Assembly (NCBI RefSeq): GCF_000320505.1
Contig: NZ_BAGX02000020.1
Coordinates: 18,573-42,572, forward strand
From: Methanobrevibacter boviskoreani JH1
Lineage (GTDB): Archaea > Methanobacteriota > Methanobacteria > Methanobacteriales > Methanobacteriaceae
Direction of reading: 5' to 3'
DNA length: 24,000 nucleotides
In this document: positions 10,249 to 19,447 of the stretch, piece after piece
Layout of the letters: every line of letters starts with the position of its first letter
Position numbering within the stretch: the stretch's first letter is position 1
Notes under the pieces: generated by a model
What the model was told of the DNA's origin: nothing
The model's input: the letters and a program-made list of their open reading frames with translations, nothing else
The model's database searches: none
Translations under genes and position numbers: made by a program

Positions 10249-11385
10249 GTGTATTTTTTGAAATCAAAAAGTAAATCACAAGAGATAAAGGTTACTAATG
10301 TTAAAAAAGTTAACACCCCTACATTAGATGAAATTGAAGCAGAAAAAATTAAAATACAACCTGTAGGATACCCATTTAACTTTAATTTACTTGATGCTAC
10401 ACCACTTGAAATTTCTGATGAAAAATTATTTGAGGAATACGCTAAAGAGCAGTGGTTAGGTTTAGAAGTTAAAAAGAATTCATATTTATTTGATCAAAAA
10501 ATAATACCAGATTATGGATTTAAAATTATAGAAGCTCAGCCAGACAATTCAATTATTACTGAAAAAACTCATATTAAAGTAATTGATGAGATAAAAACTT
10601 CACAGGAAATTAAACCTCAAAAGTACCATATAGATTTTAATGACATCATAGGCCAGGAAAATGCTAAGAACAAAGTGAAGATTATTAAGAAATATGTTGA
10701 AGAACCTGAGAAATTTGGTCAATGGGCACCAAGAAACATATTATTTTATGGACTTCCAGGTACTGGTAAAACGATGCTTGCAAAGGCACTTGCATCAAAT
10801 CTTAATATTCCATTATATCTAGTTAAAGCGACAAGTTTAATTGGTGATCATGTTGGAGATGGTGCACATCAAATACATGATTTATTTGAAAATGCTTCAA
10901 AACATGCTCCCTCATTAATATTTATTGATGAGATAGATGCAATAGCACTTCACAGACAATACCAATCATTAAGAGGAGATGTTTCTGAGATTGTTAATTC
11001 ATTGCTTACTGAATTAGACGGAATTAATCCAAATACAGGTGTAGTTACAATTGGTGCCACCAACAATATTCAATTTATTGATAATGCGGTAAGAAGCAGA
11101 TTTGAAGAGGAAATTGAATTTAAATTACCTAATCTAAATGAAAGGAAAAGAATTCTGGAAAACAATATTACAAGCATTCCTATCAACATAGATATTGACA
11201 TAGACAAAGTTGCTAAAATGAGTAAAGGAATGTCTGGAAGAGATTTGAAACAAAAAATCTTAAAAACCGCATTACACCATGCAATTGCAAATGACAAAAC
11301 CACAATTGACATGAGGGATATTGAATATGCATTTAAACAATCAAAAATAAAAACAGTAAATGAAGTTAAGAATATGTATGAATAA
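10249..11385 (+). CDS. AAA+ ATPase, single classic AAA module with a CDC48-N-like N-terminal domain (~375 aa)
   Basis: Walker A GLPGTGKTMLAKA, Walker B LIFIDEIDA, and second region of homology GATNNIQFIDNAVRSRFEEEIEF. The N-terminal ~130 aa (LGLEVKKNSYLFDQKIIPDYGFKIIEAQPDNSIITEKTHIKV) resembles a CDC48/VAT N-domain substrate-binding barrel. The track start is GTG at 10249. The TTG at 10258 has a better SD (AGGTG 6 nt upstream). Confidence 0.85.
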   Translation: MYFLKSKSKSQEIKVTNVKKVNTPTLDEIEAEKIKIQPVGYPFNFNLLDATPLEISDEKLFEEYAKEQWLGLEVKKNSYLFDQKIIPDYGFKIIEAQPDNSIITEKTHIKVIDEIKTSQEIKPQKYHIDFNDIIGQENAKNKVKIIKKYVEEPEKFGQWAPRNILFYGLPGTGKTMLAKALASNLNIPLYLVKATSLIGDHVGDGAHQIHDLFENASKHAPSLIFIDEIDAIALHRQYQSLRGDVSEIVNSLLTELDGINPNTGVVTIGATNNIQFIDNAVRSRFEEEIEFKLPNLNERKRILENNITSIPINIDIDIDKVAKMSKGMSGRDLKQKILKTALHHAIANDKTTIDMRDIEYAFKQSKIKTVNEVKNMYE

Positions 11386-11407
11386 ATACATATTTTATCC
11401 TTTTTTT
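11371..11407 (+). terminator. Candidate terminator: 9-bp A/T-rich inverted repeat spanning the AAA ATPase stop codon, followed by T7
   Basis: aatatgtat (11371-11379) / loop gaataa / atacatatt (11386-11394), then ttatcc plus ttttttt (11401-11407). The stem is weak and almost all A:T. Confidence 0.25.
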
Positions 11408-11627
11408 AATAATGTCTATTAAATTAAAAACGTTAATAATTAACTCATCTTTTTTTTTAACCCACAGTATTTTAATAATAGGAATCTTTTAAAATTATGA
11501 TAGTATCCCATAATTAAAATTATACTTTTTTTTAAAATTATAAAGTTTAATATAATAAATAAAATATAAAATTAGAGGCTTTATAATAAATACAATTATT
11601 TTAAAATTAATAAAAAAAGAGTAATAA

Positions 11628-12866
11628 CTACTGATTCTCTTTTAAAAAGAATATTTCCGCAGCCCTTATTAAATCTTCATCACCATTACGGGCAGCTTGT
11701 TTAATATTCTTTGAAATATCAAAAAATATTTTATTAACTATTGAATTTGTTAAATTATCAATGATTTTTACACTACCATCTACATCAGCCAACTTAACAA
11801 TAGCTTTTTCAGATTCACGTTGACGTATCTCTTCCATAGATGACCTTAAATCGGCAAGAATATTGTCAACTTCCATTAACTTAAATGAATTTTTAAGTAA
11901 ATCAAATTCATAATCGATTATCTTTTCCGCTTCTTCAACTTCTTTTTTCCTCTCAAGTTTAGTCCTTTCAGCAATTCCCCTTAAGTCATCGATATTAAAT
12001 AGTTTAACTCCGATGTCCTTTACATCTTCTGAAACATCACGAGGATTAGCAATATCAATAATTACCGTTTTATGATTAGAATAATCCTTACCAATATCTT
12101 CTTTAATCTTATTTGTAGCATCAATAATTCTTTTCTTATCAATCAAGGTATGAGGTGAACCTGTTGCACTTATAATTACATCAGAAATAGGAAGATATTG
12201 ATATAAATCATCAAAGAAGATAGCATTTCCACCTAATTCTTTAGCTAATTTAGTGGCACTGTAATAAGTCCTATTTGCAACAACAATGGCTTTTAGGCTC
12301 TTTTCAGCTAATGCCTTAGCTACAAGTGAACCCATCTTACCTGCACCAACTATAAGAACAATTTTATCCTGAAGATCTCCCAGATTTTCCTCTGCAAGAT
12401 CAACTGCAGCGGAACCCATTGAGATATGGCCTTTATTGATGTTTGTCTTCTGCCTTACTTCCTGGCCTACGTGTATTGCCTTTGTAAACAAGGTATCTAA
12501 AACCTTACCTAAGTGACCTTCCTTCTCTGCTTTCTTTTTAGAATCTTTGATTTGACCTAAAATCTGATCTTCACCAACAATCATAGATTCTAAAGAGGAA
12601 CTTAACCTAAATAAATGAAAAACTGAATCTTCACCAGTTTCAATTATAAGATTATCATTTACAGAATTTGAATCAATTATATCTTCAATACCAAAAGCAT
12701 CGGAGTGTATATAAAATTCATGTCTATTACAAGTAGAGATTTCAACATATTCTGTAATAACAAATCTGTCTTTGAATTTATTGAAAAGTTCTTTTAAATC
12801 AGTATAAACACTTTCCATTGTTTGAATATCGGTTAACTTATAATCCACACGAATATTAATAATCAA
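11628..12866 (-). CDS. hemA: Glutamyl-tRNA reductase HemA (412 aa)
   Basis: Catalytic-Cys motif ISTCNRHEFY (canonical stCNR.E.y). HLFRLSSSLESMIVGEDQILGQIK is present. The NADPH-binding motif is VGAGKMG. The C-terminal dimerisation helix region is present. TTG start at 12866. Confidence 0.93.
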   Translation of the reverse strand: MIINIRVDYKLTDIQTMESVYTDLKELFNKFKDRFVITEYVEISTCNRHEFYIHSDAFGIEDIIDSNSVNDNLIIETGEDSVFHLFRLSSSLESMIVGEDQILGQIKDSKKKAEKEGHLGKVLDTLFTKAIHVGQEVRQKTNINKGHISMGSAAVDLAEENLGDLQDKIVLIVGAGKMGSLVAKALAEKSLKAIVVANRTYYSATKLAKELGGNAIFFDDLYQYLPISDVIISATGSPHTLIDKKRIIDATNKIKEDIGKDYSNHKTVIIDIANPRDVSEDVKDIGVKLFNIDDLRGIAERTKLERKKEVEEAEKIIDYEFDLLKNSFKLMEVDNILADLRSSMEEIRQRESEKAIVKLADVDGSVKIIDNLTNSIVNKIFFDISKNIKQAARNGDEDLIRAAEIFFLKENQ

Positions 12867-12980
12867 TAAAATTCCCCATAAAATTGATTTTAGAATAAAA
12901 TAAAAAATATAATTCTATTTTTGAAAAAATATATTAAAAAACTTTATTATTTTAGTTAATAAATAAAAAGGATAAAAATA

Positions 12981-13661
12981 TTATAAATCATCTATAAAAG
13001 ATTTAACCTCGATTTTAGCGTTGTTCAGTTCTTTATTCTTTAACAAATCCCTGATTTTAGGATCATCCAAAATTTCATACAATATTTTCCTACGTTTTTT
13101 TGAATCACTTACCTTAGATTTAAGAAGCTTTCTTGCAAAATCTTGAAGTTCAATCTCCATTATATCCTCGTCACTGACAATAGATTGAATCTTTTTACGT
13201 AATGTTTTAGCCATAAGAGGACTTTTACCACTGGTATAGATAGAAAATTCAATATCCCCAATGAAAAAACTAGTGGGAACTATAACATTTCCAGAACTTG
13301 GATTGTCTGCCCTATTAAGAAGTTTGTTCTGTGATATTGAGGAGGTATAATCTGCAAGGGCATAATCACCAGTTGCGATAATTACAAAATCAGCTTTATT
13401 AACCTCAGACAATACAATATTCTTATTTTCCAAAAAATATTTATCATAATTCTCGTCATCATCAATATTTGTATGAATCTTAACAAGTCGAGCCCCTTTA
13501 TCAAGAATTTCGGAATTTAAACTGTCACCTGCCAAAACAACATTAGCATTTTTATCCAAAAAACTATTAGCCCTACGGCAAGCCACCTCACCAGTTCCTA
13601 AAATAAAAACATTCTTATCAGAAACATCAAAATAAAGACTTAAATAAGCCATAACAAACAC
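12981..13661 (-). CDS. sirC: Precorrin-2 dehydrogenase / sirohydrochlorin ferrochelatase, SirC / CysG-N-terminal type (~223-226 aa)
   Basis: N-terminal Rossmann motif NVFILGTGEVACRRA (GxGxxA) and typical siroheme-synthase N-domain length. Its position immediately upstream of hemA is a frequent arrangement in methanogens. The track start is GTG at 13661. The ATG at 13652 (MAYLSLYF...) is more likely. Confidence 0.8.
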   Translation of the reverse strand: MFVMAYLSLYFDVSDKNVFILGTGEVACRRANSFLDKNANVVLAGDSLNSEILDKGARLVKIHTNIDDDENYDKYFLENKNIVLSEVNKADFVIIATGDYALADYTSSISQNKLLNRADNPSSGNVIVPTSFFIGDIEFSIYTSGKSPLMAKTLRKKIQSIVSDEDIMEIELQDFARKLLKSKVSDSKKRRKILYEILDDPKIRDLLKNKELNNAKIEVKSFIDDL

Positions 13662-13705
13662 TTAATATAAAATTTTTCTAAAAAAAATAAAAAAAATTAA
13701 TACAA

Positions 13706-14197
13706 TTAATCTTCAACCTCATCCTTTAACTCTTTAACCCTTAAAACTTTAACGGCCATTCTTAAATCATTGTTACAATCATTTAATACTTTTTCAGCCT
13801 GATTAGAATCTATGTTAAAAGCATGAACGAGAGCCTCTACATTTTCATTATCATTGGATTTATTGCCCTTTCCAACAATTTCCTCTGCCATCTGTTTTTT
13901 CAATGTAAGATATTCATCTACACTCATGTCAATGCTACGCATAGACATATCCCTTAAAGGACATGGTTTAGAAGGTTTACAACACCAGACTAAAGAACCG
14001 AAACAGGTTCCCGGTCCTTCCCCCAATCTAGTTTCCTTTGCATATTTATTTTTTATCTCAATATATTCCTGTGGTGTAATACCTACCTCATTTAATGCAT
14101 TTAAAATTGGGCATGGTTTAACTGGAGGACAACAAAAAGCTAATCCTCTTACATCTCCTCCCCTACAAATATGTGACGGTGCATTTTCCCAAGTCAT
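13706..14197 (-). CDS. Methanogenesis marker domain 9-type eight-Cys protein with a C-terminal UBA/TS-N-like domain (163 aa)
   Basis: There are two copies of the [FW]CCxxxKPCP motif ([20 protein letters not shown]) and exactly eight Cys in the first ~80 aa. This matches my recollection of the TIGRFAM methanogenesis marker domain 9 description. The C-terminal [32 protein letters not shown] resembles UBA / NAC-C-terminal helices. A GGAGG SD lies upstream of the ATG. Confidence 0.7.
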   Translation of the reverse strand: MTWENAPSHICRGGDVRGLAFCCPPVKPCPILNALNEVGITPQEYIEIKNKYAKETRLGEGPGTCFGSLVWCCKPSKPCPLRDMSMRSIDMSVDEYLTLKKQMAEEIVGKGNKSNDNENVEALVHAFNIDSNQAEKVLNDCNNDLRMAVKVLRVKELKDEVED

Positions 14198-14517
14198 TTA
14201 ATTCCTCCAAAAAACTCTTAACAATCATTAAGATAAGATTTATTTAATTAATTTAAATTAATTCATCATATATTTTATAATTTATTAAAACAATAAACAA
14301 TCCACTAAAAGATTACCTAGATAAACTCCATTTATCTTTATTAAAATTTCTAATAAATAATCTACCAAGCAATCATTCATAATATTAAAAACATAATTAA
14401 TTATATTTTAAACTTATTTATAAAATTATTGTTAAATTTCAAATTATTAATTAATTTTAAAAGAATATAAAAAATAGTAATAGATTAAAAAAAAGTAAAA
14501 GTTAAAAATTAAACATT

Positions 14518-16128
14518 CTATTCTTGATTTCTTAACATGTCCTCTTTTTCAGATGAAGTAAGTTCTCCGACAATTTCTTTAGGAGTTCCTTCACTTATTA
14601 TTTGACCATTTCTCATTAAAACCGCACGGTCACATACATCTAAAACAAAGTCCATATCGTGAGAAACAATTACAAATGTTTGTTTAAGTTCATCTCTTGC
14701 TTTTAATATAGAATCAGTTACAATAACCCTTGTAATTGGATCCATAGTACCTGTAGGCTCATCAAGAATAATTATATTAGGTTCCTTAATAAGTACCTGA
14801 GCAATTGCCACCCTGTGCTTTTCACCGGCACTTAATTCATCTGGATATTTATTTAATATTTCTGCAGATTGCTCCTGTGAGAATCCTACAGATTCAAGTA
14901 CATGAAGTGCTTGCATCTTAGCAAACTCTGCAGGCAATTCTAAACTAATAGCATCGGACAAGTTTCCAAGAACATCCCTATAAGGGTATAATGAAAACTC
15001 CTGATGTAACAAACCGATATATGGAACAGCACGACCTCTAGCCATTGGACCTGGTTGACTCATATCTACCCAATCATCACCAACTTTGATCTCGACTTTA
15101 CCTGAACTTGGATCAGTTAAACCAGCAATCATTTTGGTCAAAGTAGTTTTTCCAGAACCACTTAATCCTACAATACCCATAATTTCTTCCTGGTTAACTT
15201 CCAAAGTCACTCCGTCAACAGATTTAACTATACCTCTATCAATTGAATAATAATGTTTTTTAATATCATCAATCTTTATAATTGGACCGCCAATTTCATG
15301 ATCCTCGACTTTTTGAGGTAAAGGCACAATCTTTAAGAATTCCTCAACAATTTCTGTAGGTTCTCCGGATTTATAGATTTCTCCGTTTTCTAGCCAGATA
15401 ACTTTATCTGCTAATTTTTCCATAACTTCCGGCCAGTGAGAAGTAATTACCATAGTAATTCCATTTTCTTTAACGGATTCCTTTAAGTTTTCATGGAGTG
15501 TTTCTGCTGTTTGTGGATCAAGAGTACCTGTAGGTTCATCAGCCAAGAACAACATAGGATTTTTAGCAATCTGTCTTGATAATACTACCCTTTGTTTTTC
15601 TCCACCACTTAAATCACGTGCAATATGGGTGATTCTGTGACTCATTTCAACTTTATCTAAGATATCTATAGCCCTGTATAAATTCTCCTCATAATGTTCA
15701 TTGTCATCATCATCCATAGCCTTAAGTACATTTTCGATAACTGTTGCCTCATCATATAAAGCAAAGTTTCTTTGTAACATAATAGCTATACGTCTTTTAA
15801 GGGCATGATATTGTAACCTATCAGTATCCCACATATTAATGTCTTTTGATTCAAGTGTTTTTCCACATTTTGGACATTTTTCACCGGCTTTTGAAGGGGA
15901 TTCGACATGTAAACAATCAGGACATACTGCAACATGGAAAATTACATCTCCATCATCTGGAGCATATTCTTTGGTACCACGTAACATATTAATTAAAACA
16001 GATTTACCTGAACCACTACGTCCCAAAATTCCAAGTGTTTCACCTTCATCTATTTCAACATTAATGTTTTTAAGAACTTGAACACCATTAAAGGATTTGT
16101 TTATATTTTTAAGAGTAATAAACTTCAT
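14518..16128 (-). CDS. atwA: Methyl-coenzyme M reductase system component A2 (AtwA), double ABC-ATPase (536 aa)
   Basis: Two ABC cassettes: Walker A GRSGSGKS / GLSGSGKT, signature LSGGEKQRV / LSAGEKHRV, Walker B LFLADEPT / IIILDEPT. A zinc-ribbon insert CPDC...(x15)...CPKCGK sits in the first cassette. There are no transmembrane domains. This is typical of A2. AGGTGA SD before the ATG. Confidence 0.9.
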   Translation of the reverse strand: MKFITLKNINKSFNGVQVLKNINVEIDEGETLGILGRSGSGKSVLINMLRGTKEYAPDDGDVIFHVAVCPDCLHVESPSKAGEKCPKCGKTLESKDINMWDTDRLQYHALKRRIAIMLQRNFALYDEATVIENVLKAMDDDDNEHYEENLYRAIDILDKVEMSHRITHIARDLSGGEKQRVVLSRQIAKNPMLFLADEPTGTLDPQTAETLHENLKESVKENGITMVITSHWPEVMEKLADKVIWLENGEIYKSGEPTEIVEEFLKIVPLPQKVEDHEIGGPIIKIDDIKKHYYSIDRGIVKSVDGVTLEVNQEEIMGIVGLSGSGKTTLTKMIAGLTDPSSGKVEIKVGDDWVDMSQPGPMARGRAVPYIGLLHQEFSLYPYRDVLGNLSDAISLELPAEFAKMQALHVLESVGFSQEQSAEILNKYPDELSAGEKHRVAIAQVLIKEPNIIILDEPTGTMDPITRVIVTDSILKARDELKQTFVIVSHDMDFVLDVCDRAVLMRNGQIISEGTPKEIVGELTSSEKEDMLRNQE

Positions 16129-16236
16129 TGATTCACCTTTTAATACCTATAATTATTAAAATAATCATCACTAGAAAAAAATATATATAATCTATAATAA
16201 TTTCTCTTACATATACTTTAAATATTCTTATTTATA

Positions 16237-16286
16237 AAAATTTCTAAAAATCGAAAAAATTAAAATTTCTAAAAATTGAAAAAAAT
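16237..16286. repeat. Two tandem copies of a 25-bp direct repeat in the atwA upstream region
   Basis: Copy 1 (16237-16261) is aaaatttctaaaaatcgaaaaaatt. Copy 2 (16262-16286) is aaaatttctaaaaattgaaaaaaat. They match at 23/25 positions, and the repeat begins 109 nt upstream of the atwA ATG. Confidence 0.7.
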
Positions 16287-16630
16287 AGGAAATACAAAAT
16301 ATACATCAAGATATAATTAAATTAAAGAATTTAAAATATCTTATAAAAGATTTACAATAGTATTATTAAAATTTAAAAAAATCAATTTAATATAACCCCG
16401 TTATAAAATTTTGAAAATTGACAAATTAATAAAAATTTTAATTATTTTTAAAAAAAAGTTCGTTAAATATCAAATAAATAAATTTAAAATAATAAATCAA
16501 AGATTAAATAAAAACAATAATTCTTAAGAAAAATAAACAAAACAAAGCAAATAAAAAGATATCAAAATAAAATAGAGTCGAATTTATAAAAAGATGTTAA
16601 AGTTAGAATATAATAGTGAATCGAAAAACC

Positions 16631-17341
16631 TTAAAGATCTTTTAGATTAAAATCCATTTTACCACTAATAGCTGCACGAGCAATAGAAAAACCATCGGCA
16701 CCTGCATTTAACATTTCCCTTGCTTTTTCTAGACTATTAATAGAATTATTTCCAATTAGATAAATATTAGTATTTTCTGATATATTTTTGACCAAATCTA
16801 AATCTGCCTTGAAAACACCATTTTTCATAGCATCCAAATGAAGATAATCAGCACCTGCATCTTCTATTAACTGAGCAATTTCTAGATTATTTACCCCATC
16901 AACATTTCCCCTCATTTTTACAGATACTTCTGATTTACTTTTAGATGAGATCTCTTTAATATAATCCTTTAAATCTGGTCTTTTAAGCATTGCTTGACCA
17001 CAATCAATATTCTGCAATTCCTCTTGTCTGCAATGACAGTTTATTTCCACTATATCAACGGAAGGTATTTTACTAATATCTATAATATTCTTAGTCTGAG
17101 TAGATCTAAGATTAACGGAAACCTTGACGTTATCATCATATTGTTTAATCTTTAAACTCTCTTTTTCAATATACTGATAAACTTGATTAAGAGGTATATT
17201 AAATTCAGCCCTTCCCCTTTGAATTATTTTATAACCTGCATCAATCGTTTTCTCGTCAACATTAAATCCACCTAATGTTACCGTATCAAATCCATAGGGG
17301 ATTAATTTTAATGCAAAGTCACCATCATTAATTCCTGCCAT
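16631..17341 (-). CDS. Archaeal DUS/NifR3-related FMN-type TIM-barrel protein (MJ0144-like family), at least 236 aa; the N-terminus is probably longer than the ATG-defined ORF
   Basis: The DUS-family N-terminal motif (L)APMAGINDG spans the annotated Met. EINCHCRQ occupies the position of the DUS N.GCP catalytic-Cys loop. The C-terminal GADGFSIARAA matches the barrel end GaDgvmigRga. See the findings for the start-codon problem. Confidence 0.7.
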   Translation of the reverse strand: MAGINDGDFALKLIPYGFDTVTLGGFNVDEKTIDAGYKIIQRGRAEFNIPLNQVYQYIEKESLKIKQYDDNVKVSVNLRSTQTKNIIDISKIPSVDIVEINCHCRQEELQNIDCGQAMLKRPDLKDYIKEISSKSKSEVSVKMRGNVDGVNNLEIAQLIEDAGADYLHLDAMKNGVFKADLDLVKNISENTNIYLIGNNSINSLEKAREMLNAGADGFSIARAAISGKMDFNLKDL

Positions 17342-17471
17342 CGGTGCTAGAACCTTAATAAATAAAACGCTCCTAAAAAAAATTAGTTTATTAATTGAAT
17401 TTAAAAATTATTTAAAAAAAAGCCATATGAAAAAAATAATAATATAATGGAATAATATGACATAGGTTTAA

Positions 17472-18242
17472 TTAGCAACCTTTTTCAATAACTTCAGTCC
17501 ATTTTGCATTATTACCTTTTCTAATTTTTCTTAAACCTAAATCAGCCATATATGCTGCATCTTCAGCATTTTTACCTCGACCAATTCCTGCTTTAAGTGT
17601 AATTCCTATTTCTTCATCAATCTCTTTTAATATATCAATAATATCTTGTTCAGATAATCCATTACATGGAGCCATAAAATTATCTCCACCAATGAAGAAC
17701 AATAAAGATCCCCTTTTAATTAACTTAGTCATTAAATAATGTTGTGCTTTATTTACCATAAAATTAGTGTCAAAAGCAGATTCCTTATCTGTTAAGGTTT
17801 CAGTGACACTATTAATATCAACATGTGCAACTTGAACATAACCCTCATCCTCATTAGCAAGGGAATCGATAGCCAATATCTCTTTTCTATCGGAAGACTG
17901 TGCCCCACCTTCTTTTTGTAAAGCCATAGTTGCTAATCTTTGTGCTTCATGAGGTGTTTTTGCTGCACCAACACCCATACTAATTGTTATAGGATATCTA
18001 TTTCTAATAGATCTTTGGATTCTTAAATGGTCTTCTTTATTAATACCATTTGTAATAGCCAACATATTGTCAAACCTTGTAAAGAATACAAGACCTTTTT
18101 TAGTTGCAAATTGTCTTTGTACATCTGCAAATAACTCTGACTGTAAAATTTGAAGGTCAGATTCATTACGAGGTCTTGGAGTTACTGTCCAAGGACCATA
18201 ATTATCAATTTGTATCAATGTCATTTGAATCATATTATTCAC
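17472..18242 (-). CDS. arfA: GTP cyclohydrolase III (ArfA, MJ0145 family; riboflavin/F420 precursor FAPy formation), ~253-256 aa
   Basis: The N-terminus [32 protein letters not shown] matches the highly conserved GCH III start. The track start is GTG at 18242. The ATG at 18233 has a GGTGA SD 5 nt upstream and is the likely start. Confidence 0.88.
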   Translation of the reverse strand: MNNMIQMTLIQIDNYGPWTVTPRPRNESDLQILQSELFADVQRQFATKKGLVFFTRFDNMLAITNGINKEDHLRIQRSIRNRYPITISMGVGAAKTPHEAQRLATMALQKEGGAQSSDRKEILAIDSLANEDEGYVQVAHVDINSVTETLTDKESAFDTNFMVNKAQHYLMTKLIKRGSLLFFIGGDNFMAPCNGLSEQDIIDILKEIDEEIGITLKAGIGRGKNAEDAAYMADLGLRKIRKGNNAKWTEVIEKGC

Positions 18243-18398
18243 CGTTAATAATTATATAATATTTATAGTATATAATTATTTTAGTTAAAGCTAAATTCAT
18301 AAAGTTTATATTTAATAAATGATTTTGTAAAATCTAGAAATGTTATTAATAAAAATAAAATATTTTTAAATAAACCTAAGTTCTATAAAATTTTTGAT

Positions 18399-19310
18399 TT
18401 AATCATTTCTAGACTTTAATATAAAATTAGCTAAATCCTTTTTAATATCTAAAGACTTCATCATAGTGTTAGTTACTCCAACATCCCCCACAATATCTTT
18501 AATTTTTAAAGACAAGTCCTTATCCTCATTATCTATGATTAACTTATCTACAAAGTCCTTATACATCTCCGCAACACCAATTGCAGATACATCATAACCT
18601 AATGCATTCATAAATTTACCTGCAGGACCACTGACAGGTTCAGTGCCTACAATAGGAGATACTGCCACAACATATTTGTCCCTTAAAGCTTCCCTAACAC
18701 CATCAATAGATACAATAGGCATGATTGAAGTAATTGGATTAGATGGTCCAATAATAACCATCTCGGATTTTTCAATAGTTTCAATAAGTTCTGGAGCGGG
18801 AGGAACATCAGAGTAAACCACATCTTTAACTATAGGTTTACATTGTTTCTCTATTAAGAACTCATGAAAATCAAGTTGACCAATATCTGTTTCAATAACA
18901 ATGTCAGAATCAACATCACTCATAGGAATGACCTTAGATTCAATACCCAAATATTTTCTTTGAATATCGACTATCTCAGATAAGCTGTAACCCTCTTCCA
19001 ACATTAATGTTTTCTGAATCATAGTAGCCCTATCTCTATCTCCTATCCTAATCTTCTCAGGGGTTCCCATTTTCTCAAGATATTCGCTTGTGATATAGGT
19101 ATCTCCCTTAATGCCATACCAGAATTCCTCGTCAATCATGTCTTTTAAAGTATAAAGAACAACATCAATGTCACCACTTACATATACCCCTGAGAAATAA
19201 TTATTCTCCACAGTATTTACAATAATACTTAAATCCTTTAAATCTACAACTTCTTTCAAACCTTGAATCAATTTTGGAGTTCCGGTTCCTCCAGACAATA
19301 CACAAATCAT
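18399..19310 (-). CDS. cofD: 2-phospho-L-lactate transferase CofD (F420 biosynthesis), 303 aa
   Basis: Canonical N-terminus MICVLSGGTGTPKLIQGL. CofD/YvcK-fold motifs are present, including IIGPSNPITSI. Length is typical. Confidence 0.92.
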   Translation of the reverse strand: MICVLSGGTGTPKLIQGLKEVVDLKDLSIIVNTVENNYFSGVYVSGDIDVVLYTLKDMIDEEFWYGIKGDTYITSEYLEKMGTPEKIRIGDRDRATMIQKTLMLEEGYSLSEIVDIQRKYLGIESKVIPMSDVDSDIVIETDIGQLDFHEFLIEKQCKPIVKDVVYSDVPPAPELIETIEKSEMVIIGPSNPITSIMPIVSIDGVREALRDKYVVAVSPIVGTEPVSGPAGKFMNALGYDVSAIGVAEMYKDFVDKLIIDNEDKDLSLKIKDIVGDVGVTNTMMKSLDIKKDLANFILKSRND

Positions 19311-19447
19311 ACTTTCACTTTTTATTTAATTTAAACACAAAATTAAAAATTTATTAAATATAAACTATAATAAAATAAAATCCATACAATCCCAGTAATT
19401 TAAATTTTAATGAAAAACATTTACTAAACTATTTAAATAACAAAGCT

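Noticed and set aside
11070-11312. 80-aa - strand ORF antisense to the AAA ATPase
   Set aside because: It is a shadow ORF with a hydrophobic low-complexity translation, embedded in a conserved gene.
13854-14201. 115-aa + strand ORF antisense to the marker-9 gene
   Set aside because: The - strand frame carries the duplicated CCxxxKPCP motif and a GGAGG SD. The + strand ORF has neither motifs nor an SD.
14319-14337. Short A/T-rich inverted repeats, for example agataaa-ctcca-tttatct here, tataac-ccc-gttata at 16391-16405, and taatcc-tttttat-ggatta near 10093-10111
   Set aside because: Stems of 6-7 bp that are mostly A:T are expected by chance in ~25-30% GC DNA. They have no consistent position relative to genes.
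15839-16081. 80-aa + strand ORF antisense to atwA
   Set aside because: It is a shadow ORF inside the first ABC cassette of atwA.
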